Assembly: GCF_037042905.1 (NCBI RefSeq)
Contig: NC_087249.1
Location: forward strand, 10,418,001-10,482,000
Direction of reading: 5' to 3'
Source: Lytechinus pictus
Lineage: Eukaryota
DNA: 64,000 nucleotides
Every line of letters starts with the position of its first letter. The first letter of the stretch is position 1. Below, in pieces: positions 36,801 through 51,598 of the stretch. Below the pieces are notes generated by a model. The model searched no databases. It was not told the origin of the DNA and was given only the letters and a program-made list of their open reading frames with translations. The translations under genes were made by a program, and so were the position numbers.

Positions 36801-39800
36801 CAGTTCTGATTTTAAATGGTATGAATGAGTATGATGCATCAAATTTCTTGCATGATAAGCAAGGAATTGAGATCATTGCACAGTCGAAGGGTATTGTATT
36901 ATCAGCAGTCAGTAAAAATGCTAAGTTGGTCTTCATGATTTGCCATTGCAATATCAGAGCATTTTGCATGGTGTGCCAAAATTATGATTAATTCCCCTTA
37001 GGCTTTTTTGAAAACAAAATATTTATTTATTTTGTAATTTTATTGATACAGGGTAGCATTGTCAGTTAAATATGCTGTGCAATATGCTACATCGCAAGAT
37101 AATGATCATTATAGATAATGATAATTATATTGGATGGTTCTGTTCATGGGATACCAGATATGCCACTCGTTGGGGGCCAATATTGCCCTTATCTCTGATT
37201 TGTGCAATATTCCCCTAACTTGTGGAATATTTCTTGTTTATCCCATTCTGAGCCATCCAGTGAAATGTAATTTCATAAATGCTGGACTGTCCGGTCTTGA
37301 CCATTCAGACACAGTAGTTTAAGCCAGTTTTGGTATCTGTTAGATGGCACTAGGGATTGGATGTTTTCTTTGTTCAAAAGTCATTTTCATATTTACTTAG
37401 TTTTACATAGCTTATTCTTTAGACCACATTTAGAGTTTAGATTAGAATGTCAGTGGATGTTGATCACCATGGCATTTAAGTCTTGTTCACATATGGTGAG
37501 ACAAAGCTCGGCAACATTTTTCAGAGTGTTTAGACATGATGTGACAAATAGCGTCACGTACACTAACAAACCTGCATATCACGCTTCAAGTAGAAAAATT
37601 GACGATTAAAAGTTGCTTTCATTATGATGGGACGGCTTGTGTTCATTTTGTACTATCCATTTGTCAAATGAATCCTAAATGTCCCATAAACAGGCATACC
37701 TGTGCTATTCTTTGCACATTTCATCAACATTGTGTATTAAAGCCATCTTTTTGTCTTAAGCATAATGCGCTGTCAAGATTTTGATCCATGATTATATGAG
37801 TTAATGTAAGGACAATACATTACATTCCTTTTGAGTAGTCACTTGTTATTTTATCTGTTTTGTTTATTCATCAGTGCCTTATGTTACTGTTTGAATGTAT
37901 TACATAAATTTATGTATGTCATGTTAGTTTATTAATCTTGTATATCGTACATACATGTATCAACTATATTTATTACAGAGTAGCCTGTATAATACAAACT
38001 GTATTAAAAGTTCATTTTCACATAGAAACTGATAAATGTGTCACACATTCGAGTGGAAACTTGGTATTTATGAGGTGGAATAGGTGAAAACAGAGGAGTT
38101 GGGGGGGAGTGAGAGAGAGAGATTGAGGAAGATAGATTGAACAAATTTGAAAAAGAGATATGTCGTTTAACAATTTAGAGAACTGTATACAATGCTCAAG
38201 TTCAGTAATTTCTATGTGCGCTTCGTATCCTAGCCCTTTATGTGAGGTACAAATTTAAAAAAAAGATAACTCATGAATGCAACAGAAATAAGTTCAGAAA
38301 TCATACGTTTCAGATCAAAGGAGAACTAAACATCAAATATTTAAAGTAATTGTAATACGATATCGCTTTTGTTGTGGTAAACCAGGGAAGTGGGATAAAC
38401 CATACCACAAGGGATTGTAGATTTTTTTTTAGCTTTTGGGTGCCTAATGCGTACGATGCATCAATTTGAGATGAGAAAAAGTATGTCGGGTTTCCCCTAT
38501 AGAAAACATCTCAATTGATGTAATTTCATTGTGAGACGCTGAAAGACCATTGTGTGAGAAAGTGCAAACCAACTGGTTTCAATGACGGTATTATCATAAT
38601 CGGATTTAAAGGAGTGTCATTCCTATTTGGTCGTGCTGGCTATGTCGAATGATGGGAGTGACCATAAAAAAATTATAATGAAATCCCCTTTTCGAGGCGA
38701 GAATAGAAATCATGTGACACTGGCCTACCTGTTTTGAGTCAAGTCACATGTTTTTTTTGTATTATTATTTTGCGAGGTTGATTCGATTCAAACATAGAAG
38801 GGAAGGAAGGGGAAAAGCAGGGTTTGTATGAGGTATAAGAGAGAAAGAGAGAGAGAAGGGGGGGGGGGAGGAGGGAGGGAGACCAGTGTCAAAAGTTGGT
38901 CGTATATATTATCCAAATCTCTCTTGAGGTATGAAAGAGATTTTCTGTTATTTATATTTCTGCAGCTTTTGCAATGGTAATATTTATTTATATTCCCAAT
39001 ACATCTCTATTTCCTTTGATTTTTTGCCCCCCCCCCTTCCTCTGCATTCCTACTTTTTAATGTGCAATAGTTTGTGTAAGAAGTTATATGCTTGATTTAT
39101 GTCATGGGAGCGGCATGTGTTGGGGGCACATGCCTCTGGGCAACAGTGCTGAATTTCACTTTTGCGCCCCCTGACCCACTTGCCGCTCCCGTATTTCCAT
39201 GCATGTTTGTAAAATTGTATTTTTTTTCTGATGTATTGTATTCACTCTTTTTATATTGTTCAAATAAATAATAATAAAAAGCGTGTGTGTGGGCGTGCGT
39301 GTGGCAGAGAAAGTGGGTGTGTGAGAGGGAAGGGTGCGAGTGGGATGGTGTGTCTGTGTGTCACGGCGTCACCATTGAGTACTGACCGATGTCACGTATG
39401 TGCTATTGACATCAAATGGATAGTTAAGAAATGACCGAAATTACCAATTTGCCTATAAGCTGTATGTAATGTGTTCGGCGAGCGAAATTTGGCCAAGGCT
39501 AAATTGCGAATGATAAAGTATAGAGTGTTATTCCTTATAACAGTGTATAAGGTTCGCAATCCTGATTTATTTTGGTCTCTCGCAGAAGTGTACGAACATG
39601 ACTGTATAACGCCTTATTAAGGTGTTGTTGTTTTTTGTATCATTTTGATGATGGGTATGCGAGGAGGCGTGAGTAGGTCTTGGATCAAAGTTATTTTCTT
39701 CTGACTCATTGTTTTAGATGACACAAAATAATATGATAAAGCCAGGCCCGCTCCTTTCGTATTTATGGAGATGTAATATGTTTTGGTAATAATCAACTTA

Positions 39801-42144
39801 ATTTTTTTTCCTCTACAAAATATGACGATTGTGATCATTGAACATAAAAAGAGGTAAATTTTGGTGAAAGGAACTGGAGTTATCACATTTTCATAAGTCA
39901 TAAAATAGTTCCTCGTTACATAGGGTAAAACCAGCTACATGAGGATGCCCTCCCTTATACAAAATTTCGCTTGCAAAGACAATATCAACCGTCCACATCC
40001 ACAGTTCTAAAGTTCTAAAAAATAACCCCGCATTAATCGCATCTACAAATGTTTTCTTCAACCACGAGAAAATATCGAAATTTCAAAGCGTGTCTGATTA
40101 CATACTGAATTGACAAACGCATTGATTAAATGTGGCTATTTAGGACTACACTCAATCAGGTTAACGATATTGTAAAGTTCTTTGAGATTGTACCGCTTCT
40201 TTTCCAAGTCTTTATATCAGTAATCCAACTCCTGGGTGATATTGTAGTGTCTTTTGCATGTTAATAACAAATCGAAATTTGCCATGAAGCAGAAAGCAGT
40301 CAGTTGCACAACAGACGATAAAAGGCTCTGCGATATTAATCTTTGATATTTTCATAAAGTCTGACTGCAGGCCGCGCAGTTCAGTGAGATGGGGGAAGGG
40401 AGAATAGCGTAGTAATATTAAACGCCTGAGCGAGCGTGAGATACTATAGAGCGACCACAGGGGAAAAGCAGGCAAGTTGTAATTTCAGCAAATCCGCTCC
40501 AAAATAGGTGTCCCCGGAGATCTAGTAAAGAAGGAAAAGGCCGTTTGCTAATGGACTTGAGTCTTGGATAATACGATTACGGATATGGTGGTCTACCCGG
40601 CCGCCGACCTTCCCCCGTGCCAATCTTTCGCTTGCGCGCTCACTGCTCGATCGCTACATGCAACGCGAGGAATATTTCACGCTTCGGTGAATTTGTATAG
40701 GCGCGAAGCAGAGTTGTTGGTCATGTATATATCATCGGATGGTGTTGATTACAAGATTTTACATTCCATTCTTGTTGATCAACCCAGACGTTTGTTTGAC
40801 ATTTCCAGCAATATATGCCCTGTTGGCTTGCTTGTACAGAAAAAAATGGCGGGAGAATCATGTAGAAAGAAGCTAGGAGTTGTATGGTGGATCGTACTGA
40901 TGATGGCAAATAATTATATTGTCTACATTTTCTTATATTCTCTCTATTTTTTCTCCCTTGATTTTAGATTTTCATTCTTACTCCTTTTATTGCTATTCCT
41001 CTTCTACCCCCTTTCTTCTGGTAACTAGCTGCCTATTGATGTTTGTGTATAATAGTTATTTATGAATATTTATTCCGTTTAACGTTAAGTCGCTCAACGT
41101 AACAACTTAATGTTTTCTTCCAATGGGGGTCCTAGTTTTCTACAAGCTTTGCCTTTTTTTGAATTTAGGCTCTCGCTTTTGTAAAATTCTGTAGTGTACC
41201 TTATGGTAACTTTTCTGAAAGATGAAATATAGGAAAGGTGTTTGAAAATGTAAAATGTAAAAAGTAAAAGTGTCGGGGCAGACGATAACTGTCATGGGTT
41301 AATTTATGAAAAAAGCGTATTGATCAGATTCAGATTCATTTATTGGTCCATAGGGAAAACATGGAAATTTGCCTTCCACTGGCATTGCAAACACGATATA
41401 CAAATTATGTAAATAAACACTATTTAGACATTTCAATTGGGCAATATTCAAACATGCTATGTATAGAGTGTAGACATGATTAAGTTGTGTCATGACTCCC
41501 CTAGTTTTTTTCTTCCCCGTATTTTCCTTTAATTGTTTTTTTAATATGAATTTGGAGCGAAAGCCTCATCTCTGTAGACCAGGGGACCGTAACACAAAGC
41601 TTAGCAATGATCGTAGAACATTTTTCTACGATTGATTGCACTGACTACAATGTAAATCAGTCGTGAAAATCAAGCGTACGATCAATTGCTAACCTTTGTG
41701 TTACGGGACCAAGATTTCATTTGATGAGAGTAGGTCGTTATTTCGAACAGTTGGTCAAAAATGTAACTCTCTTGATTTATTCCTTGAATTACTTCACGCA
41801 TGCAGACATCAATATATATTTTGTATATCCACATACAGGCGGCATCACTATAACACGAATGAGAAAGATCGATAACACACCATACACCAAATTCGCATTT
41901 ACGGTTATTTCTAAAGCCCCTGTCGCTTTATCACAAAGTCAAGGTCAAATGATTTCTAAACATGCTATCTGTCACAGAAATTTTTCTAGAGTACTCCTCA
42001 TAAAAAGGCTTTAACCTCGATGTACAAAAAGACGTTTGCAGAATGGAATTAGCGCACAGCCCCGGCTATGACGAATGATTGTGTGTGTGTGTGTGTGGGG
42101 GGGGGGGGGTGGGGGTAGAGAAGCAGGGTAGGTCTTTAATGCTT

Positions 42145-43063
42145 AAATCGAACTCATTCTAAAATTGAATCATCCATAACAAATTTCTTCTACCAAAACT
42201 TTGTAAGTGATAAAGCATCAAAAATACGAAATGCAATATTGATGATTGATACAGCGTTAATGAGTTCATATCTTATGCTGAAGTGTGCTGTACCGTATTG
42301 TACCATACTAACACGGACCCATGATTGTCCTCAAAATATTTTGTTTTTTGCTTTTTGGAAAAAGTCAATTGCAGAATGTTATTCAATTCATTAAAAATCA
42401 ATTTGATACATTGATACCTTGTTTAAAACAAATAGAAATCGTAAAGCCAATTGCCCAACGCACTTTCTCCCTTATCGATAACAAATTTCTTTTACTAAAA
42501 CCTTTTAAGCGAAACAACATTTGTCAAAAAGACGAAATGCAATATTTAAGATTGATATAGCGTTAATGAGTTCATATCTTATGCTGAAGTGTGCTGTACC
42601 GTATTGTACCATACTAACACGGACCCATGATTGTCCTCAAAATATTTAGTTTTTTGCTTTTTGGAAAAAATCAATTGCAGAATGTTATTCAATTCATTAA
42701 AATCAATTTGATACAGTGATACCTTGTTTGAAACAAATCGAAATCGTAAATCTAATTGCCCAATACACTTTCTTTCTTATCGCGAACAAATTTCTTTAAC
42801 CTAAACCCTTTAAGCGATAAAACATTGTCAAAAAGACGAAATGCGATATTGATGATTGATATAGCGTTAATGAGTTCATATCTTATGCTGAAGGGTGTTG
42901 TACCGTATTGTACCATACTAACACATACCCATGATTGTCCTCAAAGTATTTTTTTTGCTCTTTGGAAAGAGTCAATTGCAGAGTGTTTTTCAATTCATAA
43001 AAAAATCAATTTGATACAGCAATACCTTGTTTAAAACAAATATAAATCGTAAGCCAATTGCCC
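42145..43063. repeat. Tandem repeat, ~305-bp unit x3
   Basis: 'agcgttaatgagttcatatcttatgctgaag' at ~42253, 42559 and 42863. Confidence 0.9.
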
Positions 43064-44286
43064 AATTCGTATAACTAGTGTATGATATATCGTGCACTCT
43101 ACTTTCTTCCTTACTTGTACCTGATCGTTTCTTAGATTGTGACAGGTATATAATATACAATAAAGCTGTGATTTCCGTCGTGAAAATATTGACTCTATTT
43201 ACCTTCCAAAACCGAAATAGCCTACTTATCTATGACTCCCATTTTAAATAGATTATTCATCTTGACACAAACGTTCTCCTAACATGATTCTATGTGCAAG
43301 ATTAAAAGCACATCTACGCAAAGTGTTTACGCACGTGGTACAATTTTCATTATTTCTAAGTGAATATTGCATTTGACATTTCTTATGTTATATAATTCAT
43401 TAGTGATATATTGTAATATATTGTAATAGTAATGGAAATAATTGTTCTGCCTTTTAAACATGACGAAAGAGCTAGGAATGTGGTTTAAAATCCATATGAT
43501 TAGGTTGCACGACGATTATAAACATGTCAACCCTGTATAATATTTTGACCTATATATCATGTATATGGGAACACTCTAAATATCAAGTGTTAAATCAGCT
43601 TTTTAAAGGTTTGAGGAGTGACAACCTATTCCAAATGTTATATCTAACCCCGCATAAAGCTGAATCCAACATTTTAATTGTTTGGTCGAACCATTTAAAT
43701 TGGTAAATGCAACATTTAAGAAAAGGTCACACCTCCAACCTGTCAATGTTTATTCAACATTTCATTATATTATAGAGTGAACATACATACGAGATGAAAT
43801 AGGCCTAAGTATCAAGCAAAGAGGTATATAAGCTGTGTCGTATTCATATATCTTGGTAATTCCATCAGGTTTAGTAAAATAATGACAAGATGTCCATGTA
43901 ATGTAGGTATTAACTTTTCTATCCCGCCACGTCCACGGACCACGATGAAGATCTATTCAGATGTATAGGTAAGTTTTGATGTGTCTATTATGTACGGAAG
44001 GTCTCCAGCCATAGAAATTCATTCACGTTTTACTTGAGATCTTTTCTGGATTTGTTGTAGCTCGAATATTTTTTTTACCAATATTACATGGACATCACAT
44101 TCATATGTAATTGGCTATAAACTGTCAGGTTTAAAATTGCAATGCATCATGATGAAAGTTAATAAAAGTTAGTGGGACACCTATATATGTTTTTGCTGAA
44201 GTGATCAATATTTGCCTAGTTTAAATGAGACACTCTTTTTTGTTTAGTTCTGGTATGTCAAAAAAATGAACCAAACCTGATGGAAT

Positions 44287-44694
44287 CCCTGCTGGAAAGA
44301 ATTCAGTACCACACAGTGTGATCTCATAGTGGACTATGTGAAAATATTATTCACAAAGTTAAAATGGTCAAATTCAACAGTATGAAGATATTTTCACACT
44401 GTGGACATCTCGGCAGTGTGACTGTTCACAGCGTGTTCGCATGGTCGACTATGTGAAAATATTATTCACACTGTTATAATGCTAAAATACGAAAGTGCGA
44501 ATATATTTTCACACTGTGGACACATTGACAGTGTGACTGTTCACATGGTCGACTATGTGACTATGTGATTCACACTGTTAAAATGTTCAAATTTAACAGT
44601 GTGATGGTGATTTCACATTGTGTTCCATGGTACACAATGTGAAATCACCTTCACTGTGAACACACTTTGGGACGTTGTGTTCTTTCCAGTAGGG
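44287..44694. mobile_element. Non-autonomous TIR element with CCC termini (EnSpm/CMC-like)
   Basis: CCCTGCTGGAAAGAA ... TTCTTTCCAGTAGGG; internal CACAGTGTG/CACACTGTG repeats. Confidence 0.6.
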
Positions 44695-44758
44695 GATGAC
44701 CCTGTACAATGTCAAATGAATAAATACAAAGTAATACACATTATACGATTAAGACGTT

Positions 44759-44962
44759 CCGTTGCGTAACTACGGCGGGGGTGCAAGGGGCGCACGTGCC
44801 CCCCCCCATCGGCTGACCCCCCAAAAATATAATAACGGGGGGGGGAGGGGGAAAAGAGGGAGGAAGCTTGCGCTATTTCATCAGTGAGATATCTGATTAA
44901 TGGCACAGTAAATCAAAATTTTTGCTTATGCACCCCATGCCGTGACCCACCGTACGCCACTG
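44759..44962 (-). mobile_element. hAT-like MITE, deletion derivative of 56068-57218
   Basis: Both ends match that element in reverse orientation; degenerate 8-bp TSD (6/8). Confidence 0.7.
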
Positions 44963-47900
44963 AAAACTTTACAAGAAGACCAGCGTTTTGAAACTAACCG
45001 AAAGTAAGTTTCCAACGGAGCTTTGGAAAACCAAACTCTGATTTACGATTATTTTGTTTGATTTCAATCCCGACCTGGCGCCGATAAACAGAACCCATGG
45101 AAGCGATAAAAACCGCAACAAGGAGAACACATGAGAGCTTGTCACGGGGAAGCACTTTTCATGTTAACATCACATCAACTCTAAGTGGCTTAAGCACCTA
45201 ATTTGGCGTACACTTATTACCATATCCCAATTAATTTGCAGTGCTTGTTAAGGGCTGATGGAGAAATAATGCAGCGGCTCTCGCTAATGATATGCCTCGC
45301 AGCACACGGGCCGGAGACGGGGACTGAGATTGACAAATGTGGGTCATAAAACATCGCAACTCGCCAAATGCATTTCAATCTATTATCCCGTAATGAAAAG
45401 GCTAAAAGAGAGCGCAAATCATACAATGCGTGTATAATTTCCGTTCAATGCCATTTTCTTCGCCTTGTTTTTCCGCTTTTTGTTTCAGGCGTGATATTGG
45501 TGGGGAAAAGAGAAAGCGCAAACGACTGATTCTGCTATGTAGCTTTAGAGATTTTTAGAACAACCTTGGTTGGAGCATTGAGGGAGCACTGACATTTTTG
45601 GTGTTGCCATCTTACTACTTGTGGTCTTCCATGAAAAAAAAAATGTTAGAGCTATCGAAGGTCATGGCTTGCATTCTGTCGTTCTCTTTTAAATTTCTTA
45701 ATTTTGTTACTCTTCCCATTATACATTTTAGACCTTTTCCCCATTCATTTGGTGTGTGTGGGGGTGTGTAAGTGTTGTGCGTGGTAGATGATTTTCATCT
45801 TCACTATATTAAAGAGTTCCGCAATAGCAACGGGGTCGGATTCTGCAACGCGGTAAATCTATTGAAAATGCAAGTCGAATCACAATGGAAAGCTGAGAAG
45901 TTTTTTTTTGTCGAGTTGGTTGGACTGAGACAGCAGATCGTCCTTAGATTAGGACCGGGCGAAAAATTACAAATTTCATGTGGTTTGTCCAGAGTTCACG
46001 TCGACACTGCTGTTTTAATCCACAGATTTTCGACAAAGACTGCATTGTTGTGAAGGGCTTTTGACAATAGATACTCTATGTTCCAGAAGGCGTCTGCGTA
46101 GTGTTTGCTAAAACTTCCTATTTTGGTATCTTAGCCGCGATCTCATCGACGACATAAATATAGAAATTAATGTTGCATGTCCGGTGTTGCTGTTGAGAGT
46201 CTGAACCGGGCCCGCATACAAAGTTGATAGCGATTGTTCGTATGCTAATTATAAAATTGATTGCATTGATTATTGTGTATGATAAATGCTAATAAAAAGA
46301 AGGAAAATCAATCGCTAAGCTTTATCTGACGGGGTCTTGGCTATTAAATTGAGTTCCAAATCGAATTTGGGTTTATGTTTCCACACAAGGTTATGGCAAT
46401 ATCAACACCAGCACCTTGCTTTGAGTTTGGTGTTATAACTGGGTTTCGCTATGCCAGCTGAACACGAACACCAGCCTCCTTCACCCGACTTACAACTTTG
46501 TTATGCCGATATCGTGAACGTGTTGGTGAGGAGGTGAGGGGAGGGGGTTATGGTTGAGGTCAATACCGAGCACAACATCATATTTTATCAGCAGTCATGA
46601 AGACATTTGTTAACTCGAACACCAACACCACCATCAGACTAAGGTCTATATAAATATGACAGGTTGGTTCTATGGGATGGGGGGGGGGGGGGGGAGTGGC
46701 GGCTGGGTTGAGTTTCAGCTCGAGCACAAATCCGCGAAGAAAGCATCACATTTTATCAGCAGTCATTATGTGGACATTCGGTGAAAGATGTTGGTCTATT
46801 ATCCCGTCACTCCGCGCCAACGCCACTGCTGCTAAGGATTAGGATGAGTTATGGTGGAATATATGAGAGAAAATAAAAAAGAGAAAACAAGAAGTTAAAA
46901 TCGGCAGCAGACAAGGGTGAAAGACAAAGAGAATTTCCTTATGGTATCGTGTTAAGTAGCAAAATAGGAACAGAATATGAATGTAGACTCTGTACCAGAT
47001 CCTAAATGAACCATTGACTACAAGCTGGGGGGTGTATATAGGACAATACCGGTAACATAGATCATGTAGATTTGATTAAGGAAATAAGGCATAATCGATC
47101 ATTAAAAGACACAGAAATATATTTAAGAAATCATTGAAATCATAAATTTCGTAATAAAAACAGAAAAGTAATGTATCGTGGATAGGTGGAAGAGTGTAAG
47201 CTGAGTGCGGGTGAGATGGGGGAGTGTGAGGTTAGAAAATGGCTTTAAAATTCTGCATTTTCTTGTATATTAATTCATTTTTCGGTTTTTCATGCTTCTT
47301 AGCCATAATACCTTTATGAGAAATGTTTATCATTTTGCAGTCAAATAATGTTATTCCATTTGAACTCAGCTGAATCATTACTCTGTGCAGTCTACCGTCA
47401 GAAAACTTGATTTATACCGATTCAACACTGTCAGGTTGATAGTAAGATTCTAATGTGAACGGGTCTCGTTCACTAATGGACTAAAAGCATCATTCATCTG
47501 CCCAATCTCACGTCGCTCCGAATGTCTTTATACGTGACAGTGGCGGCTTCCTTTGTGACCCGTTCCCACTGCAAGACCCCATTCCTATCATTAATGCGAG
47601 GCCTGAAGGGTGCACAACCCTACAAGGGGTCGCGGAACGGTTTTGAAAGTGTTTGTGTTTGGGGGGGGGGGGTATTTTTGCCGAAATAAAATGTGTGGGT
47701 GGTTCTGGTGTATTTGTCCTGAAATCCAATCATCCATTTGGTTTTATTGACTCAGAATAAGTATTCTTTGATCATTTTTTGTATCCGTGTAATCAAATAT
47801 TTATTTAGTTAATCGCTTAGGATTCCATTTATTTTTTATAAATAAGTTTTTTTTATTCATTTTCGATTGATACTTAGAGAGTCAACCGATTGATTAAATA

Positions 47901-48821
47901 TCTAAGGTATTTTTTTTATACATTTATTTAACATTTTATTCATTACTGATTGATGATTCCTCGATTTATTCGTCTATTCATCCAGCTGGCTATTTGCAGA
48001 TATTTTATTGTTAAGGTACATTATATATTTATCGATAATATTTTGAATAAAATTTGGAAATATTGAAAATACCTTCCGCGTAGTGGTCCATATTTCTGCA
48101 GATTGCCGACACGATCATAATCGCCGTGGAGTTATGGTTAAAACAAAATATATTACAGGTTGATGTTATTTTTTGCCCCTGCAGACATAAAGTCCCCATG
48201 TCAAATATACTTATAAGAAAAAAAAAGACAACAACCTTTTGCAATACAAGACATTGTGCCAAACAATACTTTGAATTGAGTATTGGCGGATAGGGTATGC
48301 TTTTTTTACGTTACGGTAAAAAAAAGACGAGGGTTGGTCAAGGATATAAGGGGGGGGGGGGGGTGTTCGCATAAATATTTTAATTTTCATTTGTTTTACA
48401 ATTTTGGTCACAAACAATAAGGAGAAACAACAACAAATTATTCTAAATCAGTCATAAATTCTATCCAACATAATTTGATAGCCCCCACCCCCTCCCCCCA
48501 AAAAAGTCACCCAAAACAACAATCAACACGAGAATATCTTAACGCCAGTAAGGGCACATTGTTTTACGCCCAAATAGATGGGGGCATAAGTGGGTCACTC
48601 CTTACCGCATGGTCCTAGTAGTTATAGAAAGTGTAAAAAAGCAGTAGGAATTACATTCTTCAAAATATGAATATGTATGCTTAAAATGTAATACTATAGC
48701 TTCTTGGTCAGATGCCTAAAAGACAGTAGCACAATCCTGGTATTAAAAAGAATGACCAAAAATAATAATCTTGTAACAATGACAGGATCATGATAATTCT
48801 AAATGTGCTGAGGTGAAAGAT

Positions 48822-49372
48822 AGTTCCCACTTTCACGATTCGCGCCACTATTGAAACGGTGGTCTTCGTCGTGGAGTAATCGTAATCATGGTAATGATCG
48901 CATCAGAACGTATACGATCGTATCGGATCAGTTGAGGCAATCGTATTGATCGTAGAAAAATCGTGGAGTAATCGTAATGATCGTATCAGAACGTATAAGA
49001 TCGTATCAGATCAGTTGAGGCAATCGTATTGATCGTAGAAAAGTTGTGGAGTAATCGTAATGATCGTATCAGAACGTGTACGATCGTATCAGATCAGTCG
49101 AGGCAATCGTATCGATCGTAGAAAAATCGTGGAGTAATCGTAATGATCGTATCAGAACATAAACGATCGTATCAGATCAGTCGAGGCAATCGTATTGATC
49201 GTAGAAAAGTCGTGGAGTAATCGTAATGATCGTATCAGAACGTATAAGATCGTATCAGATCAGTCGAGGCAATCGTATTGATCGTAGAAGATTTTTGAAT
49301 GGTTCACAAATTTTTGCGATTAGTTACGGCCAATCATGGCTTTTGTAAAGGATCGCATAGCAGTGGGAACAA
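48822..49372. mobile_element. MITE-like element containing an 83-bp tandem repeat x5 (48871-49289)
   Basis: GTTCCCACT / AGTGGGAAC ends; units start at 48871, 48963, 49046, 49129 and 49212. Confidence 0.7.
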
Positions 49373-49702
49373 GGTGTATCAACGATATTCTAAAGCACTG
49401 AAAATTCTGTGTTTTTATTTGTTATTAAACCAGAACCAAACATAGATGAAACTGGTAGTATAGAAAAAGGGACAGAACACAGAAAGAAATATCGGCTTTC
49501 CTATTTTTTATTATTAACGGAGAGTTATTTTCTTTCATTATCTCTCTCCCCCGGCTTTGTCATCTTCCTCGGCGCCTTTACAGCTGTGCAAAGTTGTACA
49601 AAATGCACTCCTTCACGCTCAGTGTTGAATGTAGAAATCAATATTTCAATGTTTGATGAGCCCTGAAAACAAACTTTATTGAATGTACTATTTTATCACC
49701 TG

Positions 49703-49874
49703 GTGGGTGTTTCATAAAGCTGTTCGTAAGATACGAATGACTTTACGCACGACTGGTGACCCCTTCTTGTGCAAAATGATACATCCCTATGTCATTAATT
49801 TAGGACATAAGAACATGTTCCAGTCGTTCGTAAAGTTGTGCGTAACTTTACGAGCAGCTTTATGAAACACCCAC
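49703..49874. mobile_element. Harbinger-like MITE, same family
   Basis: Long TIRs, CTG TSD. Confidence 0.8.
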
Positions 49875-50109
49875 CTGACTTCTTATATCTAAAACATGGC
49901 AGAACTTGGAACACTTCAAATATATGTTTATTAATCTGATGGGGTTCACTAACTTTTCAGCACCACTGCAAATTTAGATTCGTATTTTGCATGTTAAATT
50001 GTTTATCACTGGCACTGTCATCTTCATCATGACTTGTGATCAGTGATATCTAAATGGCATACAAGATACAGGAAACAACATAATTATATTAGCATTGGTG
50101 GTGATTTTT

Positions 50110-50260
50110 GTTACCCGATTGCTAAGAAAGCATGAATGATTGTAAGCAAGTAACTAGAGGACCGATGGCTTAAGATCCTCTCCGAGGGAACTGGTAACGA
50201 GGATAAATGCTTTACCAAGGGACGCTGTTAGCGCACCAAGTGGGAATCGAACCCGGGTAA
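50110..50260 (-). mobile_element. tRNA-derived SINE, family 2, partial
   Basis: Reverse complement matches the body of 24220-24360. Confidence 0.75.
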
Positions 50261-51298
50261 ATGGACTCTGCTAACGATGAGTCTAACTTTTTAACTTGTT
50301 TGTTAGAGGCGGAAGTTTGTTCTTTTAGCACTAGCTCCATTATATCTGAAAAGATCACAAAAGTCAAGTTACAGAAGTGGAAGGGCTTATTCATGCCAAA
50401 GCAGAAAGGCTAATTACAATCATGGATATTTTCAATCAACCTCTAAAGCGAACCTGATAAAAAGTCTCGAGGCCAGTAATGCTGGTATTGATAGGTTGTA
50501 GAACTCGGCCATCCCTGTTCCTTCCAACATCCTTTCCGGTTTGTGATACGAAGAATTTATTAACGATTCATTTACCCGCCAAGTTGTGTCTAATTGCGTT
50601 CCATTTAACTTACAGGTGCTTTGGCGCGTAAAACGGCAACGCGGGAACGTGTACATCATTTTTGTCAGAAGTAATTTGAACATGACGTTTGTACTTGAAA
50701 ACGCGTGCATTTACCAAATAATTACCCACATGAGTCAAGAGAGTCGCTAAAGGGTTTTATCGAACTAATCATTTAATACCGCCAAAGCTGAGATAAGTGA
50801 AGATATTTTCAATTAGAGTAATTAATACCTCTTTTCATCACGCGTGAAAGTAGCCTGTGATTTCAAATCATTATTCCCGAGGTAGTTTTAATTATTATAA
50901 TAGGCTTACAAGGATAAATGATACATTTTGGATATTTGGCTGCCAAACACGAATAAGGGGGGGGGGGGCTGAAGGAAGGTCAAGGAGGGGAAATGTTAGA
51001 TGATAGGAGAGAGGAGAGGGGGTAAGTAGAGACTGATGAGATGAAATCCTAAATAAGTTAATCCATCCATCTATCTTTCTAATATGAAATTCAACACAAG
51101 AGAAAGCAGGTATGGTATCTGAACAAAATCTTTTAGTGGTATTGGGAATTCTGTATACACACATTAAAAAAAGTCATTACATTTGTTGCTCACAAGCATG
51201 CACCTATTTTATATGAAAATTGACCATGAAACCTAAATTTTACTTCATAATCAAAACCAAATTTTAACTGTTAATAAAGTGGTGAAGATAATTAATGT

Positions 51299-51598
51299 GG
51301 AGCGTCGTGGCCCAGTGGATTATTCTCCGGACTTTGAAACAGAGGGTTGTGGGTTCAACTCCCAGCCATGGCGTAATTTCCTTCAGCAAGGAATTCATCC
51401 ACAGTGTGCTGCACTTGACCCAGGTGAGGTAAATGGGTACCGGCAGGAAGTAATTCCTCAAAAAGCTGTGTGCACCTGAATAGGTAGCCTAGCTTAGCCG
51501 GGTAATAATAATAGCAGGGCCCGCTGGGAGAATAGTTTTCGGAACTGAAGTGGCTACCCTTGGTAAATATACCGTTATTATTATTATTATATTATTAT
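51299..51598 (+). mobile_element. tRNA-derived SINE, family 1
   Basis: Same head and core, (TTA)n tail. Confidence 0.85.

Noticed and set aside
40564..41028. 154-aa ORF in a CpG-enriched stretch
   Set aside because: Non-ATG start, no recognisable domain, no supportable exon chain.
44310..44660. CACAGTG RSS-like heptamers (RAG/Transib link)
   Set aside because: They are internal repeats of a CCC-terminated element; I saw no correctly spaced nonamer and no transposase.
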